A stretch of 64,000 nucleotides of DNA from a candidate division WOR-3 bacterium (GTDB lineage Bacteria > Hydrothermota > Tepidihabitantia > Tepidihabitantales > Tepidihabitantaceae): assembly GCA_965649295.1 (NCBI GenBank), contig CBFGKH010000008.1, positions 32,001 to 96,000 on the forward strand. The letters run 5' to 3'. The position numbers and the translations under genes are program-made. The notes under the pieces were generated by a model. The model did not search any database and was not told the DNA's origin. It was given only the letters and a program-made list of their open reading frames with translations. Of this stretch, positions 47,451-57,226 are shown in pieces; within the stretch, counting starts at the first letter, position 1; each line of letters opens with the position of its first letter.

Positions 47451-48449
47451 TTACGGAACCTCGACGCCTTCGAGCACGCGCCGAACGATGTCGTCAGTCG
47501 TCAGCTCCTCAGCCTCGGCCTCATAGGAGAGAATCAGACGGTGACGTAGCACATCCGGTGCGAGCTCCTTGATGTCTTCGGGCAGCACAAAACCGCGACG
47601 ACGCAGAAACGCCATCGCCCGAGCAGCCGTAAGCAGGTAGATCGAAGCACGCGGGCTCGCGCCGTAGCGCAGCAACGGCCCAAGCTCGCCAAGGTTGTAT
47701 TCCTTAGGCTTACGGGTCGCAAAGACAAGGTTGACGATATAGTCCTTGAGCTTCTCGTCCACGTAGATCTTCGCGCACAGCGCCCGGGCCTTGATGATTG
47801 CTCCCGGCTCAACGACCGGACTGACCACCGGTTCGGTCGCGCCGGTCATCCGGTCCACTATTTGTTTCTCCTCCTCCTTGCTCGGGTAGCCGACCCGGAG
47901 CTTGAGCAGGAACCGGTCGGTCTGTGCCTCGGGCAGCGGGTAAGTCCCTTCCTGCTCAATCGGGTTCTGGGTGGCGAGCACTAGGAACGGGTCCTCGAGC
48001 CTGAAGGTCTCCTCGCCGATCGTCACCTGCCGTTCCTGCATCGCCTCGAGCAGTGCCGACTGCACTTTTGGCGGAGCCCGGTTAATCTCGTCCGCGAGCA
48101 CGAGGTTGGCAAAAATTGGCCCCTTTCTCGCGATAAACTCGCCGGTCCGCTGGTTGAATATCTGAGTGCCAACAATGTCAGCTGGGAGCAGGTCCGGCGT
48201 GAACTGAATCCGGGCAAAACGCGTCCGAATCGCCTGTGCGAGAGTCTTTACGGCATAGGTCTTGGCAAGGCCGGGCACGCCCTCGATCAGTATGTGCCCG
48301 TTGGCTAGCAGCCCGATGAGCAGTCGCTCAACCAGATATTTCTGGCCGACTATGGCCTTGCCGACCTCGCCGGTTATCGCCTGAACAAAGAGGCTCTCGG
48401 CGGCGATCTCTTCATGCAGACGCTTGATGTCGTCTCTCAGTTCTTGCAT
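47451..48449 (-). CDS. moxR: MoxR family AAA+ ATPase
   Basis: EGVPGLAKT, RIQFTPDLLP.D, ADEINRAPPKVQSALLEAMQE, ATQNPIEQEGTYPLPEAQ; AAGGAG before ATG 48449. Confidence 0.95.
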   Translation of the reverse strand: MQELRDDIKRLHEEIAAESLFVQAITGEVGKAIVGQKYLVERLLIGLLANGHILIEGVPGLAKTYAVKTLAQAIRTRFARIQFTPDLLPADIVGTQIFNQRTGEFIARKGPIFANLVLADEINRAPPKVQSALLEAMQERQVTIGEETFRLEDPFLVLATQNPIEQEGTYPLPEAQTDRFLLKLRVGYPSKEEEKQIVDRMTGATEPVVSPVVEPGAIIKARALCAKIYVDEKLKDYIVNLVFATRKPKEYNLGELGPLLRYGASPRASIYLLTAARAMAFLRRRGFVLPEDIKELAPDVLRHRLILSYEAEAEELTTDDIVRRVLEGVEVP

Positions 48450-48553
48450 AACGCTACTCCTTGGCGTCGAGCAAAACGCTGTATAGATAGACTCAATCCG
48501 CCTAGGCTGGGTTGCGCCTAGGCCAGCGCCGACAGACCGACCGCAGACTAAGA

Positions 48554-49132
48554 CTAGGGTCGCTGGGTGGGAACTTTCTCCGGTTCCTTTGCCAGCTCGC
48601 GCAGCGCCTCGAGTGCCACCGCATGCTTCTGGATCATCTCGCGGTTTACCGCCGGAACCTTGTCGCAAGCAGCAATCAGCGCCTCGACCTGAGCAACGGC
48701 TTTCTTGGTCTCAGTAGCGGTGTCTTTTTTCATCTCCGGCAGCATTCCCTTGAACATCTCGGCACTGGTCGCGGCCTGCGCTGCAGCTATCTTCAGCATG
48801 GTGGAGCGGAAACTAGGCCAGTCTGTTCCTGCTGCCTGCAGTGCGGCATTGACGCCTTCAACCGCTCCCATGGCGTCAACAAAGCCGGTAATGACCTGCG
48901 CAATCTGAGCATCAGCAGCCGGCTCGGGTGGTGCAAACCCAGCCGAACGTAAGGCAGCACCGACACCAGGCAGCGCTTTAACACAACTCGCTATGGCCTC
49001 ATCAGTGAGCGGCTCTATCGCCTCAGCCGGAAGCTCCACGACGGCGATAGGTTTGACTTCGTTCTTCTTGCCGCCACAGTACGCTCCGACCAGGACCAGG
49101 AGCACAAACAGCAGCGCCTTCACTCGGTTCAT
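48554..49132 (-). CDS. hypothetical lipoprotein
   Basis: MNRVKALLFVLLVLVGAYC lipobox-like; AAGGAG RBS. Confidence 0.7.
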   Translation of the reverse strand: MNRVKALLFVLLVLVGAYCGGKKNEVKPIAVVELPAEAIEPLTDEAIASCVKALPGVGAALRSAGFAPPEPAADAQIAQVITGFVDAMGAVEGVNAALQAAGTDWPSFRSTMLKIAAAQAATSAEMFKGMLPEMKKDTATETKKAVAQVEALIAACDKVPAVNREMIQKHAVALEALRELAKEPEKVPTQRP

Positions 49133-49199
49133 TATTGGGTCTCCTTTTCGAACTTGTCCGAACAACATTTAGCCCTACCATTGGCAGCATAGTCGTGAT

Positions 49200-49570
49200 A
49201 CCACGAATCGCTGTCCAGATCGAGCACAATCTTAGTCCACAACTAAAGACTGTCAAATATCAGCACCAAATCTCAGACTGACAAACTGACAGACCGGCAA
49301 GACGAGCTCGTTCTATAACAGTATGGTTGTAAATAGTCTCCACCACTAGATAGATGGTAGCTCGATCTGCAGCAGATCTTTGTTCTTTGGACTAAGGATG
49401 CTGCTGTTGTTGGTGTGTGGGTAAGTCCGTTCAATTCGTCTTGGTTTGTTGTTACGTGGCTTATGCCGCTTTTGTCATGTGGACTATCGGTTGCGGATAA
49501 GTTGGTAGTACGGCCACTGTCCCGGTGTGCACCGTTAGTCAACATCGTTGTCCACTACTTATCCGCTCCT
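49200..49570. other. putative oriC (downstream of dnaA)
   Basis: AT-richer non-coding gap with DnaA-box variants at 49233 (TAGTCCACA), 49416 (TGTGGGTAA), 49478 (TGTGGACTA), 49492 (TGCGGATAA), 49548, 49559. Confidence 0.7.
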
Positions 49571-50963
49571 GCAGTCTGTCAATAGTGCTTCGGATAAGTG
49601 GGTCCTCGTTTCGGAGTCGCGACATCTTTTCTATTGCATGCATGACCGTGGTGTGGTCGCGGCCGCCAAAATGGAAGCCGATCTCGTTCAACGATAGGTT
49701 CAGGCGGGCGCGGATGATGTACATTGCTGTCTGTCGGGCGAGGACAATCTGCTTAGTACGACTCTGGCCGACGATGTCGGCGACGGTGACACCAAAGCTT
49801 TCGGCGCAGGCGGCGATAATCGTCTTGGCGTCAATCGGCTCTTCCTCGCGGACAAGGTCACGTAGCGCGTCAGCCGCCGTCTCAACCGTCAACGGTCTCC
49901 CCTCCAGCGACGCGTGCGCAAGCAGACGGTTGAGGCTGCCTTCTAGTTCACGGACGCTGCGCCGGAAATGGGAAGCAATAAAGAAGGCGACATCTTCGGG
50001 CAGCACGATGTTATCCAGCGCGGCCTTGCGGGTAAGTATGGCGACGCGTGTTTCCACGTCAGGCGGCTGGATATCTACGACTAGACCGGAGCCAAGTCGC
50101 GAGGCTAGGCGGCTTTCGAGCGTGGGGATGTCCTGCGGCGGTCGGTCGCTAGTAAAGACTATCTGACTGCCACCATCGTGGAGGTTGTTGAAAATGTAGA
50201 ACACCTCTTCTTGCAGTCGCTCCTTGCCGATGAGGTAGTGAATATCGTCGAGGAGCAGCAGGTCCAGGCCGCGATACTTGTTCTTGAACTCAAGTCTAGT
50301 GTTCCGTTCGATGGCTTGGATGAGTTCGATAAATAGGTTCTCGGCAGCAGTGTAATAGACACGGAGATTGGGACGGAGGGAGATAGCCAGGTTGCCGATG
50401 GCCTGCATCAGGTGGGTCTTGCCGAGGCCGACGCCGCCGTAGATGAACAGTGGGTTGTAAGCGGCTGCTGGCCGCTCGGCCACACTGCGGGCAGCAGCCG
50501 CAGCGAGCCGGTTGCTTTCGCCAACAACAAATGAGTCAAAGGTGTAACGAGCCTGGAGCCGGTTAGTCTCGGTGCGACTTGCCGGACGGGGGGTCGGTTC
50601 ATGCCAGGATGGGTTGGCGCGGCGGCCTTGGGTGGTGAGCACACATAAGGAAAAGTCGTAGCCCTCGCCGGCGACGGTGCGGAGTGCAGCACGGATGTCG
50701 GTTGCGTAGTGCTGGCTAATCCAGTCGGCGAAGAAGGGATTGGGGACGGCGACCTCGAGGGTCTTGCCGCTAAGTTGCAGTCCGCGCGTTGGTTCTAGCC
50801 AGGTTTCAAAACCCTCGCGGCTGACACTGACTTTCAGGTAGTCGAGTACCGATTGCCAGAGTCGCGTTGCTTCGTCAGCATGCTGTCTGGCCGTGCTAGT
50901 AGAAGTAGCCACAGGAGTCCCTTTCGTCTCTTGGTCTCTGGCGCGGTCGCAGCGCCAGGCCAT
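49539..50963 (-). CDS. dnaA: chromosomal replication initiator
   Basis: YTFDSFVVGESN, YNPLFIYGGVGLGKTHL, LLLLDDI, RELEG, FGGRDHTTVMHA; start may be GTG 50912. Confidence 0.98.
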   Translation of the reverse strand: MAWRCDRARDQETKGTPVATSTSTARQHADEATRLWQSVLDYLKVSVSREGFETWLEPTRGLQLSGKTLEVAVPNPFFADWISQHYATDIRAALRTVAGEGYDFSLCVLTTQGRRANPSWHEPTPRPASRTETNRLQARYTFDSFVVGESNRLAAAAARSVAERPAAAYNPLFIYGGVGLGKTHLMQAIGNLAISLRPNLRVYYTAAENLFIELIQAIERNTRLEFKNKYRGLDLLLLDDIHYLIGKERLQEEVFYIFNNLHDGGSQIVFTSDRPPQDIPTLESRLASRLGSGLVVDIQPPDVETRVAILTRKAALDNIVLPEDVAFFIASHFRRSVRELEGSLNRLLAHASLEGRPLTVETAADALRDLVREEEPIDAKTIIAACAESFGVTVADIVGQSRTKQIVLARQTAMYIIRARLNLSLNEIGFHFGGRDHTTVMHAIEKMSRLRNEDPLIRSTIDRLQERISSGQRC

Positions 50964-51006
50964 GCCTCTCCGTTTTACCCAAGCAGTTCAACCAGAAAAA
51001 CACAAC

Positions 51007-51027
51007 TTATCCACCGACATTTCCACA
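51007..51027. promoter_or_regulatory. DnaA boxes upstream of dnaA
   Basis: TTATCCACC (51007) and ATTTCCACA (51019). Confidence 0.55.
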
Positions 51028-51170
51028 AGTATCTGCTAACGATTCTGCTTTACAGAATAGGCTCAAACACCGGCAACGTTGCCGGTCGGTTGAGCGTAGA
51101 ACGAATTGTCGTTATGGCTATTGTTGCCGCGGCCAGAATAGTCCAGACACGGGCAAAGTCAATACCCGTC

Positions 51171-53471
51171 TTAGGGGAGGCTGCGAGTAGTCAGGGTTGA
51201 GCGGCTCCAAGCCGCTGCGGCCGCCTGTCCCAAGGCGACGCCGCCGTCGTTGGGCGGTACCAGCCGATTGGTGATGACGTAGAGCTTCTCAGCGGTCAGA
51301 CGGCTGGTAAGGGTGGCTAGTAGCCGACAGTTCTGGAATGAACCGCCCGATATGGCGACGGTCGAGAGACGATACTTTCTGCCCAAGTGTAACGCCAACT
51401 GGCAGATGGCTTCAGCGATCCGGTCCTGAAATAGAGCAGCAACGGCTGCCCGGTTGCCCCTGGCAGCTGTTTCACGTGAAACAGCGCTGATGATCGGTCG
51501 TGGGTCAATCAGGGCCGGCTCAGTATCAAGAATCAGAGAGCCGGTCTCATTGTGGCGCTCCACCGGGAGCGGCTCGGCAGCGCTTTCGACGGCGATGGCT
51601 GCTTCGGCGTCGTAGGTGGCACGCAGGCAGATACGGGAGATTCCAGCCGCCGCATCGAAGAGCCGGCCCAAGCTGGAGCAGAGGAGCGCTTGACTGGCAG
51701 GTCGCGGTCTCGTAGCCGTCGTCTTGGCGTGGGCTAGGTATGCGCTGCCGACTTGGCGCGGGTCGGCCAGTTCGGCGCCGGCGCCAGGCAGAGCCAATGG
51801 CAGCATTGTGCCGACCCGCCGCCAGGTTCCATTCCGGCCAATGAGCAGAAATTCACAGCCCCAACAAGTGCCGTCGGTCCCGTAACCGGTTCCATCGGCC
51901 GCGATTCCGAGCAATGGGGCAGAGGCGCTGGTTTCTGCCAGCACTGACAGGATGTGAGCGAGGTGGTGCTGGACGCGAAGGAGCGGTACGTGCCACTCTG
52001 CTGCCAGCCGCTCAGCCAGCCGGGTTGCGGCGTAGTCGGGGTGAAGGTCGCAGGCAACAACCGCTGGTCTGATACCGGTCCAAGCTTGGTAGCGGTCGAG
52101 GGTGGAGAGGAAGAACTCTTCGCCGCTGGCTGTGACCACTGAGCCGATATGAGGGCTGAGCCATGCCTTGTCACCGACTGCCAGGCAGAAGGTGTTCTTC
52201 CACTCGGGCCCGACCGCCAGGACCGGATGTTTCACGTGCAACATCGGGTTGAGCTCGATCGGTGCGGGCGCATAACCGCGGGCGCGGCGAACGATAATCG
52301 GGCTGGCTGGGGTCGGCAGAACAACCGAATCGTCAGCTCGATTGAGAATCGGCCGGTCATGGGTCAAGGCGAAATCGAATACGGCCGCGTGGGAGCGAAA
52401 GAGAGAGGCTTCGTCGTGGCTAATCGGTTCGTCTTTGGGGTTAGCGCTGGTCATTACTAGGAGCGGCTCGGTGCCGGTGATCTTGCGCAGCTCGGAAAAG
52501 AGGATGATGTGCAATGGAGTGTAGGCAAGCATCACCCCTAGCCGGGAGTTCTGCGGAGCGATGAGGTCGCCAGGTGGAATCGGGCCACGGCGGGGCATGA
52601 GTACGATCGGAGCTTGTGGTGATGAGAGTAGTTGGGCGGCGGCGCGGCTGACTGAGCAGATGCTGCGTGCCTTGGCGAGGTTTGCGCACATCAAGGCGAA
52701 CGGCTTGCGCGGGCGCTGCTTGCGCCGCCGTAGGCGGAGCAGTGCTGACCGGTTAGTTGCGTCGCAGGCGAGCTGGTACCCGCCAATACTCTTGATGGCC
52801 ACTATCTTGCCGGACGCAATCGCTTTTGCTGCCAGGGTGATGGCTTCATTTCCGGCAGCGATGGTCGTGCCGTTCTTGGCGAGTAGTGTCGGTTGGGGGC
52901 CGCAGACCGGACAGGCATTGGGCTGGGCGTGGAAGCGGCGGTCAGCCGGATCGTCGTATTCTCGTTGGCAGTCGGGGCACATCTCAAACCGGCGCATTGA
53001 TGTCCGCTGGCGGTCGTAGGGGAGGTCCTCGATTATGGAGTAGCGGGGTCCGCAGTGGGTGCAGTTTGTGAAGGCATAACGGAAGCGGCGGTTGCGAGGT
53101 GATGCTATGTCGGCCCGGCAGAGTGAGCAGGTAGCGATGTCAGGCAGGACCTCGGTATTGGGCTGGCCAGCAGTCTTGCTTGCGACTATCCTGAGGCCTT
53201 CTAGCCTGGGCCGATAGGTCGTGCGGAGCGATACCGAACGGATTCTGGCGAGCGGCGGTGGGTGCCTTTGTAGCTCACGCACCATTGCCAAAGCATGTCG
53301 GCCCTGAAGCGTCAACACGGCACCCTTCTTCGAGTTACTGATGGTTCCGCGCAGCCCGTATCTCTTTGCTAACAGGTAGGCATAGGGTCTGAACCCTATG
53401 CCCTGGACCTGCCCAGCAAAGACAACAACAGTTGTTATTACGAGGCGGCGTTCCTTGGTGTGGAGGGGCGT
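51171..53471 (-). CDS. hypF: carbamoyltransferase HypF (start non-canonical or uncertain)
   Basis: GQVQGIGFRP acylphosphatase motif upstream of the ORF-track start; two Zn fingers, RRFHAQPNACPVCGP, CDLHPDY, QHH.AH, DGTGYG.DG, PPNDGG. Confidence 0.9.
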   Translation of the reverse strand, partial: TPLHTKERRLVITTVVVFAGQVQGIGFRPYAYLLAKRYGLRGTISNSKKGAVLTLQGRHALAMVRELQRHPPPLARIRSVSLRTTYRPRLEGLRIVASKTAGQPNTEVLPDIATCSLCRADIASPRNRRFRYAFTNCTHCGPRYSIIEDLPYDRQRTSMRRFEMCPDCQREYDDPADRRFHAQPNACPVCGPQPTLLAKNGTTIAAGNEAITLAAKAIASGKIVAIKSIGGYQLACDATNRSALLRLRRRKQRPRKPFALMCANLAKARSICSVSRAAAQLLSSPQAPIVLMPRRGPIPPGDLIAPQNSRLGVMLAYTPLHIILFSELRKITGTEPLLVMTSANPKDEPISHDEASLFRSHAAVFDFALTHDRPILNRADDSVVLPTPASPIIVRRARGYAPAPIELNPMLHVKHPVLAVGPEWKNTFCLAVGDKAWLSPHIGSVVTASGEEFFLSTLDRYQAWTGIRPAVVACDLHPDYAATRLAERLAAEWHVPLLRVQHHLAHILSVLAETSASAPLLGIAADGTGYGTDGTCWGCEFLLIGRNGTWRRVGTMLPLALPGAGAELADPRQVGSAYLAHAKTTATRPRPASQALLCSSLGRLFDAAAGISRICLRATYDAEAAIAVESAAEPLPVERHNETGSLILDTEPALIDPRPIISAVSRETAARGNRAAVAALFQDRIAEAICQLALHLGRKYRLSTVAISGGSFQNCRLLATLTSRLTAEKLYVITNRLVPPNDGGVALGQAAAAAWSRSTLTTRSLP
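51468..51483. promoter_or_regulatory. parS centromere site
   Basis: TGTTTCACGTGAAACA, exact consensus palindrome, inside hypF. Confidence 0.9.
52228..52243. promoter_or_regulatory. parS centromere site (1 mismatch)
   Basis: TGTTTCACGTGCAACA inside hypF. Confidence 0.8.
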
Positions 53472-53501
53472 TTTAGTTAGATACTAGTTATTATCAGTCT
53501 T

Positions 53502-54680
53502 CTATTGGGCTGGTTCGCTCTTGCCTTGCTCTTCTTCTTGTTTGGGTGGCGGCACTACCGGCTCGATCAGTTCTTCAACTGTCTCGCTCGTTGCTTCGAG
53601 GATGTTTCTCTTGTCCTTCTTGTACGCAAGCACCGCGTAGTTCACTGTCATCCCACAGAACCAGACCGAGAAGCCAAAGCCCAAGACCATCAGGGCCGCG
53701 AGGTAGATGGTGATGCCGATGAAGAGCGAGGCGACGTCTGAGCTCCAGCCGATGGCGATGTACTCTCCGGGCAGATAGACCTGCGGGATTCCGTAGAGGT
53801 TTGCCTGAACAAGGAGCAACCGCTGGACAAATGGCGGGCACCAATCAGGCAGGCTCAGTCGGAAATAGAACAGTCCGTTGGCCATGGCGTCGGCGAGCTT
53901 GTCGCCCATGAAGGCGAGTAGAATCGAGTAACCTATTCTACCGGCGATACTTGTCGCCCAGCCGAATAGGAAGAGGCCAAGTTTGCCCAATAGGGCCACC
54001 GTTGCGGAATACCAGACCAGCCGGCCTGGTTGCTCGTTTACACAGGAGAAGACCTCGAACAGGGTATCAAAGGTGTCGCTGCGGCTTGCACCGACCACGC
54101 TCGGTGCCAGGAGCAGGGTCGCGGCAGTGGCGATTAGGAGATAGACGATAAATAGCGAGGCGACGAGGGCAATCGGGCTGAGGATACCGACAATAACCTC
54201 GCCGACATAGGGAATCGCGCCGAGGCCGCTCACACCAAGCCCGAGGACAACGATGGCCGCGACAAACGCAATTATCAGTAGCGGGCTGAAGAGGACTGAG
54301 CCAGCGTATTTGAAGGCAAAGCGGAATGCCTCGCGGGACTCGTAGAACTCGTCACCCTTCAGTTGCTCATAGCAGACTCGGGAGACGGCGGTGCCGGTAA
54401 TCAGGACTGCGCAGACCAAAAAGGCAGCACCAATCCCGTAAATGACCCAGGCGAACCAAGGGAACGGATAGTCAAAAGGGAGTGGGAATGGCACGAGTCG
54501 GAACGTCTGCCAGACGGTAATGATGTCCACGCCCGCAGCGAGATAGGCCAAATAGCTCATGATGGCATAGCCGGCAAGGCCGACAAACAGGCCCAGCGAC
54601 ATCATCCAGATTTTCTTGGCCGAGAAACCGAGCCTGAGGGCGCGGAAGGTATCCTTGTAGTTCATGTGCAGCTTTGTCAC
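53502..54680 (-). CDS. hypothetical polytopic membrane protein
   Basis: Multiple TM helices; AAGGAG-N7-GTG start at 54680. Confidence 0.75.
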   Translation of the reverse strand: MTKLHMNYKDTFRALRLGFSAKKIWMMSLGLFVGLAGYAIMSYLAYLAAGVDIITVWQTFRLVPFPLPFDYPFPWFAWVIYGIGAAFLVCAVLITGTAVSRVCYEQLKGDEFYESREAFRFAFKYAGSVLFSPLLIIAFVAAIVVLGLGVSGLGAIPYVGEVIVGILSPIALVASLFIVYLLIATAATLLLAPSVVGASRSDTFDTLFEVFSCVNEQPGRLVWYSATVALLGKLGLFLFGWATSIAGRIGYSILLAFMGDKLADAMANGLFYFRLSLPDWCPPFVQRLLLVQANLYGIPQVYLPGEYIAIGWSSDVASLFIGITIYLAALMVLGFGFSVWFCGMTVNYAVLAYKKDKRNILEATSETVEELIEPVVPPPKQEEEQGKSEPAQ

Positions 54681-54693
54681 CTGCCAACTCCTT

Positions 54694-54822
54694 TCATTGG
54701 GCAAAGGCCCGCAAGAACAGGAAAAGGCCGATCGCCAACACCGCGGCGGCGCCCCAGATCACCCAGCGCAGGCGCAAGTGGTAGTGCCGGGCTGGGAAGA
54801 AACGGCGCTCAAAGCGTACCAT
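54694..54822 (-). CDS. small single-pass membrane protein (42 aa, below ORF-track cutoff)
   Basis: MVRFERRFFPARHYHLRLRWVIWGAAAVLAIGLFLFLRAFAQ*; stop abuts the RBS of the next gene. Confidence 0.45.
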   Translation of the reverse strand: MVRFERRFFPARHYHLRLRWVIWGAAAVLAIGLFLFLRAFAQ

Positions 54823-54947
54823 CGGCAGCAGTGTTATTTCGCCAACTCTTTTTTCGAGCAGCAGCAACTACTGACAGCGCCGGCTGCCCGCGGTTTATCC
54901 TATCGGTCTAGGGCGGTTTGTCAATGCTGCGGGACAGTGGGGGCAGG

Positions 54948-56381
54948 CTAGGGCAGACCGACCAGGCGCAGCCGACAGCCGTCGGCCATTGCCATGTAAG
55001 CACCCGGTTCGAGGCGGATTGCGACCCGCTCGCCCGTGATGGTGCTGGTCAGGACCAGCCGACCAAGAGCGTCAAAGACGTGCACGACCGTACCCGGCTG
55101 GCCAGCTAGGGTGAGCCGACCCCGAAACGGGTTGGGAAAGGCGCGCAGGGCCGCTGGGCCAGTGGTGCTGACAGCAGCCATGCCCGTGGCACCGACATAG
55201 AAACTGTCAAGGGACGTCTCGACGGTGGCGCGGCCGTCGCTGAAGCGAAAGTAGAATCGGTGCCAGCCGTTGGCAAAGCCGGTGAGGAACTCGCTAAACT
55301 GCGCACCGGCCCAGTAACGGTGGTCGCCATTGACAAGCGCGTAGGGAGTTGAATCAATGAAGCAGCTACGCTCGATCGGCAGGTTTGAGTCGGCATCGGT
55401 GTAGGTGACGTTGAAGCCAAAGCGCGTACCGGGCAGGCCCGAGCGGGGCGAGACAGTGGCTTGGCTTAGCAGCGGCTGACGGTTGAGGTCGGCAGGGACA
55501 AAGGGTGTGCGGTCGGCGTAGAAGCGGGCCGGCGGAGTGGTGTCGCGGAGGTGGTTGCCGCCGATCGGGAGTATTGTCTGGGTCGTGGCGGCCGCGGCCA
55601 GCCAGCCCACCGAATTGGGCCAGGGGCCGAAGCGCTCGTCTGCGGTGAAGCTTGCAATCGGGCAGCGAAAGTAGAGCCGGTTGCCGCTTGTCTGGGCTTC
55701 GATGTTGGCGATGCGGGTGAAGGCCGACGTGTAGCGGTTGATGAGAAAGAGTCCGGTCGTGAAGACCGCGGGAATGTCGGCGTAAGCCATGGCAAAGACC
55801 CAGGAGTCGCTGGGTGCTTGAGGATTGACAAACCCAAGCGAGTAGGCAAAGAACGACTGGGGAAAACGGTAGGTGGGCCAGCTCGGATGGTTGTTGGTTA
55901 GCACCGCGTAGAAGTGGCTGGCCGAACGACCGACATAGGCGCCGGTCAGATCAAGCCAGTTGCCTTCAGGGTCAATCGCGTCGCCAATCGGGTCAGGCGC
56001 GGCCAGGGCGAGCAGGTTGTCGGTGGGGGGCCAGGCGTTCTGCTGATTGAGCGGTGACCCGGTGGCAAGGTTGGTGCCGTTACTGGCCTGGATGTAGTAG
56101 TAGCTGCCGAACTGACCGTTCGGAAACTCTGCCTGATAGGTGCTGTCATAGCCCGGGGCCGCGATCGGTGTCATCGGCAGTGCTGTCCAGGTAAGTTGAC
56201 TGTCGCTGGAGAAGAAGAGCAGGGCGGCGGTTGGTCGGTCGCCAGGTCGGTCAGCGATGTCGGCATTGACGGTCACGGTCTGGGCTAGCGCGGCGGCTGA
56301 GTTGCAGATATTCGTCATCACCGGCGCATTCCAGGCAAAAAGCGCCAATAGGGCCGCGCTGAGTAACGGGCCGGTGGCCAT
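54948..56381 (-). CDS. secreted protein with T9SS type A sorting domain
   Basis: Signal peptide; YTDADSNLP Ig-like domain; AFPNPF...VFDALGR...LEPGAY. Confidence 0.8.
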   Translation of the reverse strand: MATGPLLSAALLALFAWNAPVMTNICNSAAALAQTVTVNADIADRPGDRPTAALLFFSSDSQLTWTALPMTPIAAPGYDSTYQAEFPNGQFGSYYYIQASNGTNLATGSPLNQQNAWPPTDNLLALAAPDPIGDAIDPEGNWLDLTGAYVGRSASHFYAVLTNNHPSWPTYRFPQSFFAYSLGFVNPQAPSDSWVFAMAYADIPAVFTTGLFLINRYTSAFTRIANIEAQTSGNRLYFRCPIASFTADERFGPWPNSVGWLAAAATTQTILPIGGNHLRDTTPPARFYADRTPFVPADLNRQPLLSQATVSPRSGLPGTRFGFNVTYTDADSNLPIERSCFIDSTPYALVNGDHRYWAGAQFSEFLTGFANGWHRFYFRFSDGRATVETSLDSFYVGATGMAAVSTTGPAALRAFPNPFRGRLTLAGQPGTVVHVFDALGRLVLTSTITGERVAIRLEPGAYMAMADGCRLRLVGLP

Positions 56382-56512
56382 GGTAGTTCACTCTAGCACG
56401 GTCGCTCGACAGGCGCAAGCCTTGACCAGTTGTCGTTTGGTAGTAACTTTAGGCGGCCTGCGCCACTTGTCGGGCAGCGGTGCAGGCCGTAACCACTAAG
56501 GAGCAGCAACGC

Positions 56513-57226
56513 GTGAAAAGATTACGATTGCTCGCCGCCATCGGTCTTCTTGCTCAACTGGCGATGGCTGTTGCCTACTTGCCGTCGGCACGGGTTGGGT
56601 TTCGCCACGAACCAGGAGTCGAGACCAATCTTGTGCTCGGTGCTGGCATCGCAGTAATGCCGGGTGCCGGCATCACGCTCGACGGCAATATCGGCTTTGC
56701 CCTGCTAGAGCAGATGGGAATCGCCCACTACCGTCTGGGCGCAACTGCCTATCCGCTGTGGGCCGAACGGCTCGGGCTGGAGCTTGCCTTTGAGCATGAC
56801 CAGTGGGTCGAGTGGTATGCGGGCGAGAATCGAGCCGTTGGCATGGTGCGAGTGCGACCACGACCAGGTTTTGAGTTTGGGCTGGGCGCGGCCTGGCGGG
56901 CACCGGTCTATGGCGACAGTGCCAATCCTGATTCCTATAGCTCGCCCTTCAACTGGCAAAGCGACTGGCCAGAATGGAACCTGCTTTACGAGCTAAGCTG
57001 GCGGTTTGTCAGCAGCCCGCGCTTTGGGCTTGGCGCATACCTGGCCAATCACGATGGGTGGTATCTGCGCAATCCGCAGCAGTTCCCGTTCGGGTTCGAT
57101 GCCGACTACCGGAACGGCGATTATCTTTTCGCTGCTAGGCTCGGCTCAAACATCAAGGGGCTGTCTGGCCTGCTCTTCAGTCTTGGTGAGTTGCGACTCG
57201 ACTTGGGGGTGAAGCGTGTGTTCTAG
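56513..57226 (+). CDS. hypothetical exported (probable outer-membrane beta-barrel) protein
   Basis: AAGGAG before GTG 56513, signal peptide, alternating beta strands, terminal Phe. Confidence 0.6.
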   Translation: MKRLRLLAAIGLLAQLAMAVAYLPSARVGFRHEPGVETNLVLGAGIAVMPGAGITLDGNIGFALLEQMGIAHYRLGATAYPLWAERLGLELAFEHDQWVEWYAGENRAVGMVRVRPRPGFEFGLGAAWRAPVYGDSANPDSYSSPFNWQSDWPEWNLLYELSWRFVSSPRFGLGAYLANHDGWYLRNPQQFPFGFDADYRNGDYLFAARLGSNIKGLSGLLFSLGELRLDLGVKRVF

